Source of the DNA: Scyliorhinus canicula
Taxonomy: Eukaryota
Assembly (NCBI RefSeq): GCF_902713615.1
Contig: NW_024055444.1
Span: forward strand, 62,001-126,000
Direction of reading: 5' to 3'
Length of the DNA stretch: 64,000 nt
The notes under the pieces were generated by a model that saw nothing but the letters and a program-made list of their open reading frames with translations, was not told the DNA's origin and did no database searches. Below are positions 24,273-36,727 of the stretch, piece after piece (positions within the stretch are counted from its first letter, which is position 1; every line of letters starts with the position of its first letter). The translations under genes and the position numbers were made by a program.

Positions 24273-25184
24273 AGAGAATCAGTTCATGGCAGAAAGATTT
24301 GAAATTGTCAGAGTTCTGGAAGTGGCAGCTGCCAGTGAGTAACGGTAAAAACAACTGCGGAAACTGAACAGACTGAACACAACCGACAACTGAGAAACTT
24401 TGGGACAAGTTTGCATGATCACGGAAAAAGGCAACAAGTACAAAGTAAATGTCGAAATAAAATTAAACTAACTGGAAATATTTCAGATTGAAGTGAAACA
24501 TAGAAAAATGATACTAATGGAAGAAAACAGACAGACCGACAAATAGATGGAAAAGCAGATCAAAACTTCTGAGAGATGTTGAACTGCAATAAATTTGTGG
24601 TCATCAAAGTTTAAATCAGGTTTGGCCCAATTGGTGCTGATGAATCGCATTAATTTCCTGCTGGATTTTGCTGTACGAATTGATGCAATACTTCCTATCA
24701 GACAACCGTTTTTGGAAACAGATTGCCTGTGAAAATAACATTTTCCCTCGGTTTGTCTCTATCCAAGGAAACTAAAAACTGAAATGTAATATGCATCATA
24801 GAATCGAGTGCGGCAGGATTACATTCGGCCCTTTGCGTAGATGCTTATCCTCTTTCAATCCAATCAAATTGTTCCAACCAATCCAAATTTTCAACGTTGC
24901 GCTGCATTTTTTACAGGTCCAGCACAGGTCGATTTTCAATTTTGAAAGTTACGACTAAATGTGATCCCAACACGCTGTCTGACATTGCATTCCAGATCGG
25001 AAGAAATTGTGTGTAAAATAAAATATGACTTATTAACCATTTGAACATATTTTATATTTCAAAAAAGTATAAACTGTTCGAACCGGCTGCAAATTCAGAC
25101 AAAGACACCAGTGGGGATGCACTTCACAAACACCCGGGAACCAGCGGATATATGAACAAATAATGTTCAATTTTTATCCGCCAG

Positions 25185-25484
25185 ATTCCAGTTCCTTGGT
25201 GTCCAAGAATCCGCCTTTCCAAACCTCTGCTGCCGGTGACACAGTTACATGAAACTGGGAATATTCAGGGTTCTGTCAGTACACAGTACACTGGGATCAT
25301 CAGTCCCCAGGACAGGCTCTGGAATACCTGCTTCAGAGTCACACTTCAGGAGACGAACATACCGCTGCCGGAGAAAGAATCTCTGCTTCCATCTACACTG
25401 CCAAGAAAATCAGCCGGTTAAAGATCTCTGAACTGCAACTGAGCGACTCCGCTGTGTATTACGCTGCACTGAGCCGGAACACAG
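25185..25484 (+). pseudogene. Supporting TCR-delta V of cassette 2, with a stop
   Basis: Acceptor TTTTTATCCGCCAG; DSSSLVSKNPP…VT*(TGA 25250-25252)NWEYSGFCQYTVHW…SDSAVYYAALSR; paralogue of 7754-8058. Confidence 0.88.
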
Positions 25485-25834
25485 CACAGCGATGCAGAGC
25501 ACGGAGAGAGCTGGGCAAAAACCTGAACATGGCGAGGGTTACACACACACAGTGATATAGAGCACGGAGAGAGCTGTACAGAAACCTGACCATGGTGAGG
25601 ATTACACACACACGCAGTGATACAGAGCACGGAGAGAGCTGTACAGAAACCTGAACATGGTGAGGATTACACACACAGTGATACAGAGCACGGATAGAGC
25701 TGTACAGAAACCTGACCATGGTGAGGATCACACACACAGTGATATAGAGCACGGAGAGAGCTGTACAGGCACCTGAACATGGTAAGGATTACACACACAA
25801 TGACATAGAGCACGGAGGGAGCCACGGAAAGCCC
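25485..25834 (+). repeat. Second tandem 23-RSS array (6 units, more degenerate)
   Basis: Heptamers at 25485 (CACAGCG), 25548, 25613 (CGCAGTG), 25674, 25735, 25796 (CACAATG). Nonamers GCAAAAACC, ACAGAAACC x3, ACAGGCACC, then degenerate. Spacers 23 nt. Confidence 0.93.
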
Positions 25835-25945
25835 GAATGTGAAAGGATTGCAGTAACGTCTTGATAAATGTGAGGTAATCAATTTTGGTGGGAAAAACAG
25901 CAAAAGGAATAATTATTTAAATGATAAAATATTAAAACATGCTGC

Positions 25946-28945
25946 TGTGCAGAGGGGCCTGGGTGGCCTCGTACCTGAGAAAGGACATACTGGCGCTGGA
26001 GGGTGTTCAGAGGATATTCACGAGGTTAATCCTAGATCTGAGGAATTGGATTAGGAGGAGAGGTTGAGTAGACTGTAACTGTTCTCGTTGGAATTTAGAA
26101 GGATGCGGGGGGGATCTTATAGAAACATATAAAATTAAGAAGGGAATAGATAGGATATATTCGGGGGCTGTTCCCTCTGGCGGACGAAAGCAGAGCGAGA
26201 GGGCATAGGCTCAAAATAAGGGAAAGTAGAACATAGAAGAACATAGAACATAAAACAGTACAGCACAGTGCAGGCACTTCGGCCCAAGATGTTATGCTGA
26301 CCATTTATCCTACTCTAAGATCAACCTATCCTACACCCCTTCAATTTACTGCTGCCCAAGTGCCTGATTAAGAGTCGCCTAAATGTCGCTAATGACTCTG
26401 ACTCCACCACCTCTGCTGGCAGTGCTTTCCACACACCCACCACTCTCTGTGTAAAGAACCTACCTCTGACATCTCCCCTATACCCTCCTCCAATCACCTT
26501 TAAATTATGTCCCCCTCATGACAGCCCCGGGGAAAAGTCTTTGGCTATCCACTCTATCCATGCCTCTCATCACCTTGTACACCTCTATCAAGTGACCTCT
26601 CTGCCTTCTTCACTCCAGCGAAAAAAGCCATAGCTCCCTCAACCTTTCTTCATAAGACTTGCCCTCCAGTCCAGGCAGCATCCTGCTAAATCTAACTAGA
26701 GTTTTATAAAGCTGCAGCAAAACATCGCGGCTCTTAAACTTAATCCCCCTGTTAATGAAATCCAACACACCATACGCCTTCTTAACAACCCTATCAACCT
26801 GGGTGGCAACTTTGAAGGATCTGTGTACGAGGACCCCAATATCCCTCTGTTCCTCCACACTTCCAAGAATCCTGCCTTTAACCGATTATTCAGCATTCAA
26901 ATTCGACCTTCCAAAATGAATCACTTCACATTTATCAAGGTTGAACTCCATCTGCCACTTCTCAGCCCAGCTCTGCAACCTGTCAATGTCCTTTTGTAAC
27001 CTGAAACAACCCTCAACACTATCTCCAACTCCACTAACCTCGTGTCATCGGCAAACTTATAACCCACCCTTCCACTTCCTCATCCAAGTCATTTATAAAA
27101 AACACAAAGAGCAGAGGTCCCAGAACAGATTCTTGCGGGACACTGGTCACCGACCTCCAGGCAGAATAATTTCCATCCACTACCACTCGCTATCTTCTTT
27201 CGGCCAGTGAATTATGTATCCAGACAGCCAAATTTCCCTGTACCCATGTCCCCTAACTTTCTGAATGAGCCTGCCATGGGGAACCTTATCCAGTGCCTTA
27301 CTGAAATCCATATACACCACATCCACTGCCCGAGCTTCATGAATGTGTCTCGCCACATCCTCAAAGAATTCAATGAGGCTTGTGAGGCATGACCTGCCCC
27401 TCAAAAAGCCATGCTGACTATCTTTAATCAAACTATGTTTTTAAAAATAATCATAAATCCCATATCTCAGAATCCTTTCCAATAGTTTGCTCACCACAGA
27501 TGTAAGACTGATGTGTCTGTAATTCCCAGGGATTTCCCTATTTCCTTTCTTGAATAGGGGAACAGCATTCGCCTCTGCCCAATCATCCGGTACTGCTCCA
27601 GTGGAGAGTTAGGACGCAAAGATCATCGCCAACGGCGGAGCAATCTGCTCCCCCACTACCGGTAGTAACCTTGCGTATATCCCATCAGCCCCAAGGGACT
27701 TATCTATCCTAATGCTTTTCAAAATTTCCAGCACATCCTCCTTCTTAAAATCAACCTGTTCTAGTCTATTAATCTGGTTCACACTGTTCTCATGGGCAAC
27801 AAGGTCCTTTTCTCAAATGAATACTGAAGCAAAGTATTCATTTAGGGCCTCCCCCATCTCGTCATTCTCTAGGCACAAGTTCCCTCCACTATCCCTAATC
27901 GGCCCTCCTCTCACTCTGATCATCCTCTTATTTCTCATATAAGTGTAGAACGCCTTGGGGTTTTCCCTAATCCTTCCCACCCAGGGCTTTTTCATGCCCC
28001 CTTCTAGCTCTCCTCGGTCCATTTTTGAGTTCCTTCCTGGCGACCTTGTAACACTCTAGAGCCGAGTCAGATCCTTGCTTCCTCAAACTTACGTAAGCTT
28101 CCTCCTTCCTCTTGACTAGAAGCTCCACTGCTCTTGTCATCCAAGGCTCCTTTACCTTACCATTCCTTCCTCGTCTTAGTGGGACAAAACTATTCAGCAC
28201 TCTCAGCAAGTGCTTCTTAAACAATCCCCACATTATTGTTTTGCATGTCCCCAAGAAAAAATGTTCCCACTTTATGCTCCTCAGCTCCTGCCTAATAGCA
28301 GTATAATTTCCTCTCCCCCAATTAAATACCTTCCCATACTGTGTGTTCCTATCCCTCTCCTTGACGATGGTAAAGGGCAAGGAGTTGTGGTAACTGTCAC
28401 CGAAATCCTTTCCCACCGAGACATCTGGCACCTGGCCTGGTTCGTTGCCGAGCACCAAGTCCAATATTGCCTCCCCCCTAGTCGGCCTATGTAAATATTG
28501 AGTCAGGAATCCTTCCTGTACACACCTGACAAAATCTGCTCAATCGAAACGATTTGCACTAAGGAGGTTCCAGTCAATATTAGAGAAGTTGAAGTCACCC
28601 ATGACAACAGCTCTGTTACTTCTGCACCTTTCCAAGATCCGCCGCCCAATCTGTTCCTCTATCTCTCTGCTGCTATTGGGTAAAAGTAGATTTAGGACTG
28701 AAGTTAGGAGGAACCTCTTCACCCAACGGGTCGTGAATCGATGGAATGCCCTGCCCAGTCAATAGGTTGAGGCTCCTTCATTAAATGTTTTCAAGATAAA
28801 GATAGTTTTTGAAGCATAAAGGAATAAAGGGTTATGGTGTTCGGGCGGGAAAGTGGAGCTGAATTCACAAAAGATCAGCCACACTCTCATTGAATGGCGG
28901 AGCAGACTCGAAAGGTCAGATGGCCTACTCTTGCTCCATGTTCTA
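25946..28945. mobile_element. Nested CR1: plus-strand CR1 3' fragment (25946-26230 and 28683-28945) split by a minus-strand CR1 (26231-28682)
   Basis: The host reads through CATAGGCTCAAAATAAGGGAAAGTAGA…TTTAGGACTGAAG; AAAGTAGA is duplicated at 26223-26230 and 28683-28690. The insert carries endonuclease and RT motifs (VVMGDFNF, MDLVLGNEPGQV, QHGFLRGRSCLT). Confidence 0.88.
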
Positions 28946-29084
28946 ATGTGTAACAGTGATACAGAGCACGAGGAGAGTCCAAGGTCTTCACCATTTCGGG
29001 GATTGGAGATCGGTGAAAGGAACAGGCAAGCACTCCCACACATAGACACAAAGAAAATGCATTGAATCTCGACGAATGTATTTA

Positions 29085-29427
29085 TAGAACATAGAACATA
29101 GAACAGTACATAGAACAGTACAGCACAGAACAGGCCCTTCGGCCCTCGATGTTGTGCCGAGCAATGATCACCCCGCTTAAACCCACGTAACCCGTATCCC
29201 AACAATCCCCCCATTAACCTTACACTACGGGCAATTTTAGCATGGCCAATCCACCTAACCCGCACATCTTTGGACTGTGGGAGGAAACCGGAGCACCCGG
29301 AGGAAACCCACGCACACGCGGGGAGGACGTGCAGACTCCACACAGACAGTGACCCAGCCGGGAATCGAACCTGGGACCCTGGAGCTGTGAAGCATTGATG
29401 CTAACCACCATGCTACCGTGAGGCCCC
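29085..29427 (-). mobile_element. HE1/V-SINE-like copy
   Basis: Reverse complement of the 811-1140 family. Confidence 0.85.
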
Positions 29428-29775
29428 CGTTTAGTGGAAGGGTCTTAGATCTTCTGCCTCGCCATAGCCTTCACCATGGTGGGGGCGGAAGAGATCCCCT
29501 CCCCTGCGCATGCGCCAGTCTAACGTCAGCAGCCGCTAATGCACCGGCGCATGCGCGGACTTCCACCGGCCGGCGAAGGCCTTTTGGTCCCGGCTGGCGG
29601 GACGCCAAAGGCTGTTCGCGCCGGCCGGCGGAGCGGGAGCCACTTCGGCGAGGGCCTAGCTCCTAAAGGTGCAGAGAATTCCGCACCTTTGGGGAGGCCC
29701 GACGCCGGAGTGGTTCATGCCACTCCGTCCCGCCGTGACACCCCGCCCCGCGGGGCAGGGCAGAATCCCGGCCCA

Positions 29776-30200
29776 GGTCTTTTTGCATGTTCCCCTCTCC
29801 TAATTTATGTCCAACCTGATAATAGTCTGCTTTCTTTTTTTTCTACCAAAGTGGATAACTTCGCATTTATTCATATTATACTGTCATTCATTTGCCCACT
29901 CACTCAACTTGTCGAAATCACACTGAAAGATCTCTGCATCTTCCTCACAGCTCACCCTCCCACCCAACTTGTGTCATCTGCAAATTTGGAAATTTTACAT
30001 TTTGTTCCCTCATCTAAATCGTCAAATATATTGTGAATAGCTGGGGTCGTAGCACCGATCCCAGGTACCACACTGGTCACTGCCTGTCAATTTGAAACCA
30101 CCCGTTAATTCCTTCTGTTTGTTTCCTGTCTGCCAACCAGTTTTCTATCCACCTCACTGCCCACAATTCCATGCTGTTTAATTTTACAAGTATTCAATCA
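29776..30200 (-). mobile_element. CR1 LINE fragment
   Basis: Similar to the RT-region sequence at 16400-16650 (…CATCTGCAAATTTGGAAATT…GCCAACCAGTTTTCTATCC). Confidence 0.7.
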
Positions 30201-30744
30201 ATCATCTTCTTACCCATTTGGATGGCAGATGTCGGAGCTCACAAAATCACAGAAACATGGCGCACTATAGGTCATAGAAATACGTCTGCCATTTTCCTTC
30301 AAGTAAGAAGTCTTACAACACCAGGTTAAAGTCCAACAGGTTTGTTTCAAACACGAGCTTTCGGAGCGCAGCTCCTTCTTCAGGTGATGGTTTCCTTCAA
30401 TGTTAGATATCAATGTCCTGGCAGCGTGTGAGGATCACGGTAACTGCCTGTGTCGCCCATATATTCGGGGTCAGGAGATCACAGCGTATCTACAGACTGC
30501 GCTCGGCGTTAGAACATCCAGTTTTGAAACCCTGTTAATCTCAGGGCATTTGAAGAGGCCTGCATCACTCGAGCTGTTTATCCATTTAGAATTTGAGGGG
30601 AGCTAAGGTTGTTTGGAATACGATTGAGAAGAAAACGATATTGTAAATATATTTATTCGGGGAGCTGACTAAATATCAAATGTTTATTTTCGCTAAATAT
30701 AAATGATTTCATGCAAATTATTTCATTTAAAGCGGAAAGCGGAA

Positions 30745-30937
30745 GGGGCTGGTTTAGCTCACTGAGCTAAATCGCTGGCTTTTAAAGCAGACCAAGCAGG
30801 CCAGCAGCACGGTTCGATTCCCGTACCAGCCTCCCCGGACAAGCGCCGGAATGTGGCGACTAGGGGCTTTTCACAGTAACTTCATTGAAGCCTACTTGTG
30901 ACAATAAGTGATTTTCATTTCATTTTCATTTCATTTC
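30745..30937 (+). mobile_element. Second tRNA-derived SINE family, full copy
   Basis: GGGGCTGGTTTAGCTCACTGAGCTAAATCG…GGTTCGATTCCCG… with (CATTT)n tail. Confidence 0.8.
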
Positions 30938-31514
30938 AGTGTCTTTCAAGGATTACATGTCATTATGTGATGTTAATGTACAACAACACAGATAATCTCG
31001 ATTTTGTTCTTAAATGTATGGATACAGACCAAAGCGCAAGGTTTAGGATGCAATTATAATCAGTACATGGAGGAGAAATAATATAGACAGAACCTATTGT
31101 ATTAACATAGGACACAGGGTGCAAAAATCAATACTTAGCGCATTCAAACCTACAGAGATACAGTGTAATGCATCAATGTTGATCCGGAGAGATACAGTGC
31201 AATGCAATAATGTTGATCAGCTATGCATTAACAGTGAAACAGCCAATTATAATAATCAAGCGGCCTAGGATAGATACAAAAATATCCTTATATTTCCTTA
31301 AGTGATTTCGTCTCAATTTTCTTCACATCTCTCACGTGATACACTTCGTGCTGTTTCATGGCGTCAAACGCATGACGTTTCATGGTGTAAATTCAATTTC
31401 TGAGAAGACTTTGTATGGTCAGTATAGTCGTTAGGGCGTGCCGGATAATTTATATTCTGTGGGTTTAATATGGATTACTTGGAATCCGATATCTTGCATG
31501 TGAATCTAACTTCT

Positions 31515-31826
31515 GGGGCCTCACGGTAGCATGGTGGTTAGCATCAATGCTTTACAGCTCCAGGGTCCCAGGTTCGATTCCCGGCTGGGTCACTGTCTGT
31601 GTGGAGTCTGCACGTCCTCCCTGTGTGTGCGTGGGTTTCCTCCGGGTGCTCCGGTTTCCTCCCACAGTCCAAAGATGTGCGGGTTAGGTGGATTGGCCAT
31701 TCTATATTGCCCGTAGTGTAAGGTTAATGGGGGGGATTGTTGGGATGTGGGTTTAAGTAGGGTGATCATTGCTCGGCACAACATCAAGGGCCTGTTCTGT
31801 GCTGTACTATTCTATTCTATTCTGTT
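31515..31826 (+). mobile_element. HE1/V-SINE-like copy
   Basis: GGGGCCTCACGGTAGCATGGTGG… same family as 811-1140. Confidence 0.85.
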
Positions 31827-32221
31827 ATGTGAGCATTCGACAGCAGGTGACTGTTACTGTCATTCTGATTGTTTCCTGCTCTAATGTCATTGAGCTAAGC
31901 TGGCTTCTGTCTCGTGGTTATAATATTTCTTTGTTGTCTGACCATAATGACCATTCCACATGTGTAAGCGGTCCTTATATTTGCCCAATTATCATTCAGG
32001 AATATCCTGGGCTGCACAACACACACAGACTGGTTGTCATCTTCCTGGGGTCTCCCAAAATTCTAACTCCTCCAAATATGAACATGAAAATAACTGCTGA
32101 AACTGTTTGTTCACGCAACTGTAAATAATTTTAGATACTAATTGCCTCCCCCTAGATTTCGAATTGTATAAATGCGGGTTTTTTGACCTTGTCATAAATA
32201 ATCTCTGTGACTGACTGCAGA

Positions 32222-35200
32222 ATGCACGGCCAGATAACTGGTGTACTTTATGCCATTTACTACCCAATTCTTGCTGCCATTGGAGTTCCGGGTAAGTTGC
32301 TGCACTAACTCATTGACTTGAAGAATCACTGTTTTATGAAGTTACTTCAACCCATTGCAACTAACAACATGATATAATCATCCCCGCGAGTTTTTAAACC
32401 TTATTTGAGCAAGGGAAGCTTAGATCATCCTCATTTAAATATGTCTTAATTTTAAAAAGCTCGGGCCATAATCATTAGTTTCTGACACATCAGTTGATCT
32501 GGGGCTATTCCTTGCCATATCGAGGCTCGGCTGCCAATGTCAGTTGCCTGGATAAAATTAATAATATTTTGGTCACCTTTTCGAAATCAATAGTACCTGA
32601 TCTACAGGTAGATAACTTAAGAATGCAACCTTTAGGTAGATTTTGAATTCGTATGTAAGTCTAAATCGATCAGTAGCGAATTATTACCATGTAATACAAT
32701 TGACTTGAATTACGATAGAATTGCTTTGAGGTGAATTACACTTCGGGGGGATCCGGAATGAGCTGCAGATTCACCGTCAGCTATTTCATTTTTTCGCTTA
32801 ACATGAAGATTCAGCTGCTTAAAATGATGTGGGATTGAAATTGCTATTGCGTTGTAATCCTAACTGGCGTCCAGTTTTGCACTTGATCTGCTTTTCTGTC
32901 GCGTTGATATTACAGGAGAAGAAAACCGGGCCGAGCGTAAAACAAACGAATTTAATCGCTGAAACATTCGTCCAGCGACTGCATTACTCGACCAGTGACA
33001 CAGCCACTTCATTCATCTTCCCTGTACGGTTGCGAGTATTCTGACTGTGCTCTTCAATAACTATTTTACAGAGCCATTGTTGAGGTTGGGCAAAAGATCT
33101 TACAGACGAATCGCAGATATTTGGTGGGAATCATGTAATGTTCAGTGAAGGGGAGATTGCGGTTATGTTCCTGGATTCATGATCAAGAGACACGAGTTCA
33201 AAACGCAGAATTTAATTTAAATTCAGATAACAAATAAATATGGAATTAACTGATATTATCATTAATGATGATTATGAAACTACCAGTGACAGCAGAAAGT
33301 TCACCAGGTTCCACAACGTCCTTTATTGAAGAATATCAACACTAGCGGATATATAATTCCAGATTCACAGCGATATAATTGAACATTAACAGTTCTCTGA
33401 AATGACTCATGAAACCACTCAGTCGGTAAGTCGTGGCTCACAATAACCTTTCAATGGTTAGAATCGACGGACAATAAATGTAATAAATTGTGGTGCTTCT
33501 AAGACGCCAAATCAATTGAATGAATAACTTAAAATTATCTGACGTTTTTTAAAAAGTCATTTTTAAAGGATGCGGCCGTCGCTGGCGAGGCCAGCAATTG
33601 TTTCCCGTGCTTAATTGCTCTTCAGAGGTGGTGGTGGTGATCTGCCTTCTTGAGCACTGCAGTCCATGTAGAGTAGACACACCTACTGTGCTGTTAGGGA
33701 GGGTGCTCCACGATTTTTACCCAGCGACAGTGAAGGGACGGGAATATATGTCCAGGTCAGGATGGTGAGTGACATGTCGGAGAACCTCCCGGTGGTAGTA
33801 TCTGCTGTTTTTCTCCTTCTAGGTGGTAGCAGTCGTGGGTTTCGAAGGTGTTGATGAGGGAATGTTACTGAGTTCCTGCAATGAATCTTGTAAATTGTAT
33901 ACACCGATGCTACAGTGCTTCGGTAGTGGAGGGAATTAATGTTTGTGGAAAGGGTGTCAATCAAATAGGCTGATTTGTGCTGGATGGTTTTGAGCTTATT
34001 GAGCATTATTGGAGCTGCACTCATCTAAGCAGGTATTCCATTCCGTTCCTGGCTTGTACATTGTAGATGGTGGACAGGCTTTGGGGGCGGGGCGAAGGGT
34101 GGGGGGGGGGGGGGGGGGGTTGCACAGGGACGTTACGATCAAAGGGTAAGTTAATCGCGGTAGGATTCCGAGCCTTTAACCTGCGTACATCAATATAAGT
34201 GGTTGAGGCAGAGGACAGCATGCACCAGGTCGCGCCTGTTCTGCATTCAATAAACTCCTGACTGTTATTCGGATTAAAATCCATTTTGCCGCACCATATG
34301 TGACTTGGTTCTCTCAGCCAGCAAATGCTGTCCATCTAAGCCTTGAATATTGAATATATATTTAACAATAAAGAGACCCAGAGCCATCTTGGCAGAGAAT
34401 TCTAAAACAACACATCTATTTTTTGTGAATAAATTCGTGCTCCTCTCAGTCCGAAATAACCTTTCCTTTTTTCTGAAGTGATTCGCCATGAATCCAGAAT
34501 CTTCGGGCACGACCTCTCTCCATAGATTCTGTCACGCCCTTTGAGAATGTTGTTTGTTTCAAGCAGATGGCCTCTTCGACATTTCAGACAATATAAACCT
34601 TATTTGTTTCGCCTCCGTCAGAGAACAAAGAACATAATTTCTCATCAGAATGGAAACTGGCTTCCAAGCCAGCGGTTTCTGAGTCGCACATCATTCGATG
34701 TTTCTTCAGTTGTATTAAACTGACACATCCGATTTGTTTAGAATATTCCCTTATATACTTTTTCAAAACAGAATTTGCAGTGCATTTACAGCTTTTTGGC
34801 CCATCGAGTCTGCACCGGCTCTTGGCAAGAGCAGCCTACTTCAGCCTACGCCTTTACCCGATCCCAAAAACACAATAGCCCCACCTAACCTTTTTAGACA
34901 AGATGTGGAGATGGCGGCGTTGGAGTGGGGTGGGCACAGTAAGAAGTCTTACAACACCAGGTTAAAGTCCAACAGGTTTGTTTCAAACACCATCTTTCCG
35001 AAAGCTCGTGTTTGAAACAAACCTGTTGGACTTTAACCTGGTGTTGTAAGGCTTCTTACTGCCCTTTGTAGACAGTAAAGGACAATTTAGGTAACAAGAC
35101 CAATCCACCTAACCTGCGCATCTTTGGACTGTGGGAGGAAACCGGAGCACCCGAAGGAAACTCACGCAGACACGGGTAGAACGTGTAAACTCCACAAAGG

Positions 35201-36727
35201 GAATCACCCGAGGCCGTAATTGAACCTGGGACCCTGGAGCTGTGATGCAGCAGTGCTAAACATTGTGCAACCGTGCCTCCCTTGTGTCACCGTGTCGCCC
35301 TCGTCTCATTATATACTTCAAAAATACAAATGTAACTAATATGTCACCTATGTTGACAGGCTTTTCCCGTTTACCTGATACATGATCCAAAATTCGAATG
35401 CCAAATATTGAACGTGACCTTCAGATCTTTAACCGTTTCGTCCTTCGCTATGAAATGGCCGCCTTCAATCGCATTTACTTTCGTCCTCAATCTGCTTCTT
35501 GAATGCTTTCCTTAAACTTACCTGCTTGTCCAATTATTCGACATCTGGCATAATACCTTCTCATGTGGCGAGGTGTCAAATTTGGATGTATCAATCTTCT
35601 CTGAAGCAACTTGAGACACCTTTTGCTTTAAAGGTGCTGCATAAATTTAGGATGGCCTTGCAGCTATTTTTAAAACAGAATTGACATTAAAAATCCCAGA
35701 ATAACTGTGTTAGGTGTCCTCTATAACGAAGATGAACTGGAAAATGTCACAATTATGCCGTGTGCATGGTTGGAATATGTTTAGTAACTTTATAATTTTA
35801 ATCTTCTTGTATCTCTCAGTTAACTTGGTGGCGATTGTGGTCCTCTCCAGGGGAAGATGTGGTCTCTCCAAATGCATCACTCGGTATCTGGTGTCTATGG
35901 CAGTGACTGATCTCCTAGTCGTTGTCACCGCTGTCATATTCAATCGGATTATTGGCATCTATTTTCCAGTTAGCTTTATGTCATTGACTCCGGCATGCAC
36001 TCTGAGCACCGTGATAATCTATGCGGCCACCGAGAGTTCTGTCTGGTTAACCGTCGCTTTCACCTTTGATCGTTATATCGCCATTTGCTCCCAGAAACTG
36101 AAGACAAACTATTGCACCGAGAAAACAGCAGCTGTGGTGATAGGAACCGTTTGTTTGTTGAGCTGTTTCAAAAGCATTCCCTGGTACTTTATGTATGAAC
36201 CACTCTATATAATGAACAATGTACCGTGGTTTTGTAACATAAAATCAAGCTTCTCCACCTCACTTGCATGGATAGCCTATGACTGGTTTGCACATGTATT
36301 AAATCCAGGTCTGCCCTTCCTCCTGATTTTGCTATTCAATGCTTTGACCGTCAGGCACATTCTGGCGGCCAGTAGATCCCGCCGGAGACTCCGGGATAAC
36401 AGCAGTGGTGAGAATCAGAGTGATCCAGAGATGCTGAAGAGGAGGAAGTCTATTGTCTTACTCTTCGCCATCTCCGGAAGCTTTGTTCTGTTGTGGATGA
36501 CGTATTTTGTCGATTTCCTGTACGTGAAAATTACAAATGAACCTTATTTGGTAGGATCCAATTTCAATGACCCCAGATTTATTCGCCAAGAAAGTGGAAA
36601 CATGCTTCAGCTGCTGAGCAGTTGCACCAACACGTGCATTTATGCAGTGACACAGAGAAAATTCAGAGAAGAGTTGAGGAATGCGGCAAAATATCTTGGA
36701 AATCTCATAGTGAACTTAGTCAAGTAG
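32222..36727 (+). CDS. Class A GPCR, GPR139/142-like; join(32222..32291,35820..36727), 325 aa, intact
   Basis: Exon 1 MHGQITGVLYAIYYPILAAIGVP-G with GTAAG donor; CTCTCAG acceptor. Exon 2 VNLVAIVVLSRGRCGLS…MAVTDLL…FTFDRYIAIC…SSCTNTCIY. Total 978 nt with seven hydrophobic segments. Confidence 0.9.
33570..34075 (-). mobile_element. Degraded LINE (CR1/L2-type) 3' fragment in the GPCR intron
   Basis: ORF 33683-34024 (SAAPIMLNKLKTIQHKSAYLI…LHYRSTVASVYTIYKIHC) resembles a LINE ORF2 C-terminus. Confidence 0.6.
34938..35060. repeat. Long palindrome (53-bp arms) from a Penelope-like repeat end
   Basis: Arms 34938-34990 and 35008-35060 are reverse complements with one mismatch; the same arm occurs unpaired at ~30303-30390. 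Confidence 0.8.

Noticed and set aside
29430-29775. GC-rich blocks here and at ~45300-45985 resembling non-autonomous DNA transposons
   Set aside because: I could not identify matching terminal inverted repeats or TSDs, so they are left unclassified.
35714-35819. N-terminal extension of the 337-aa GPCR ORF (MSSITK…)
   Set aside because: Intron read-through: an acceptor lies at 35819 and the real first exon is 32222-32291, matching the paralogue's structure.
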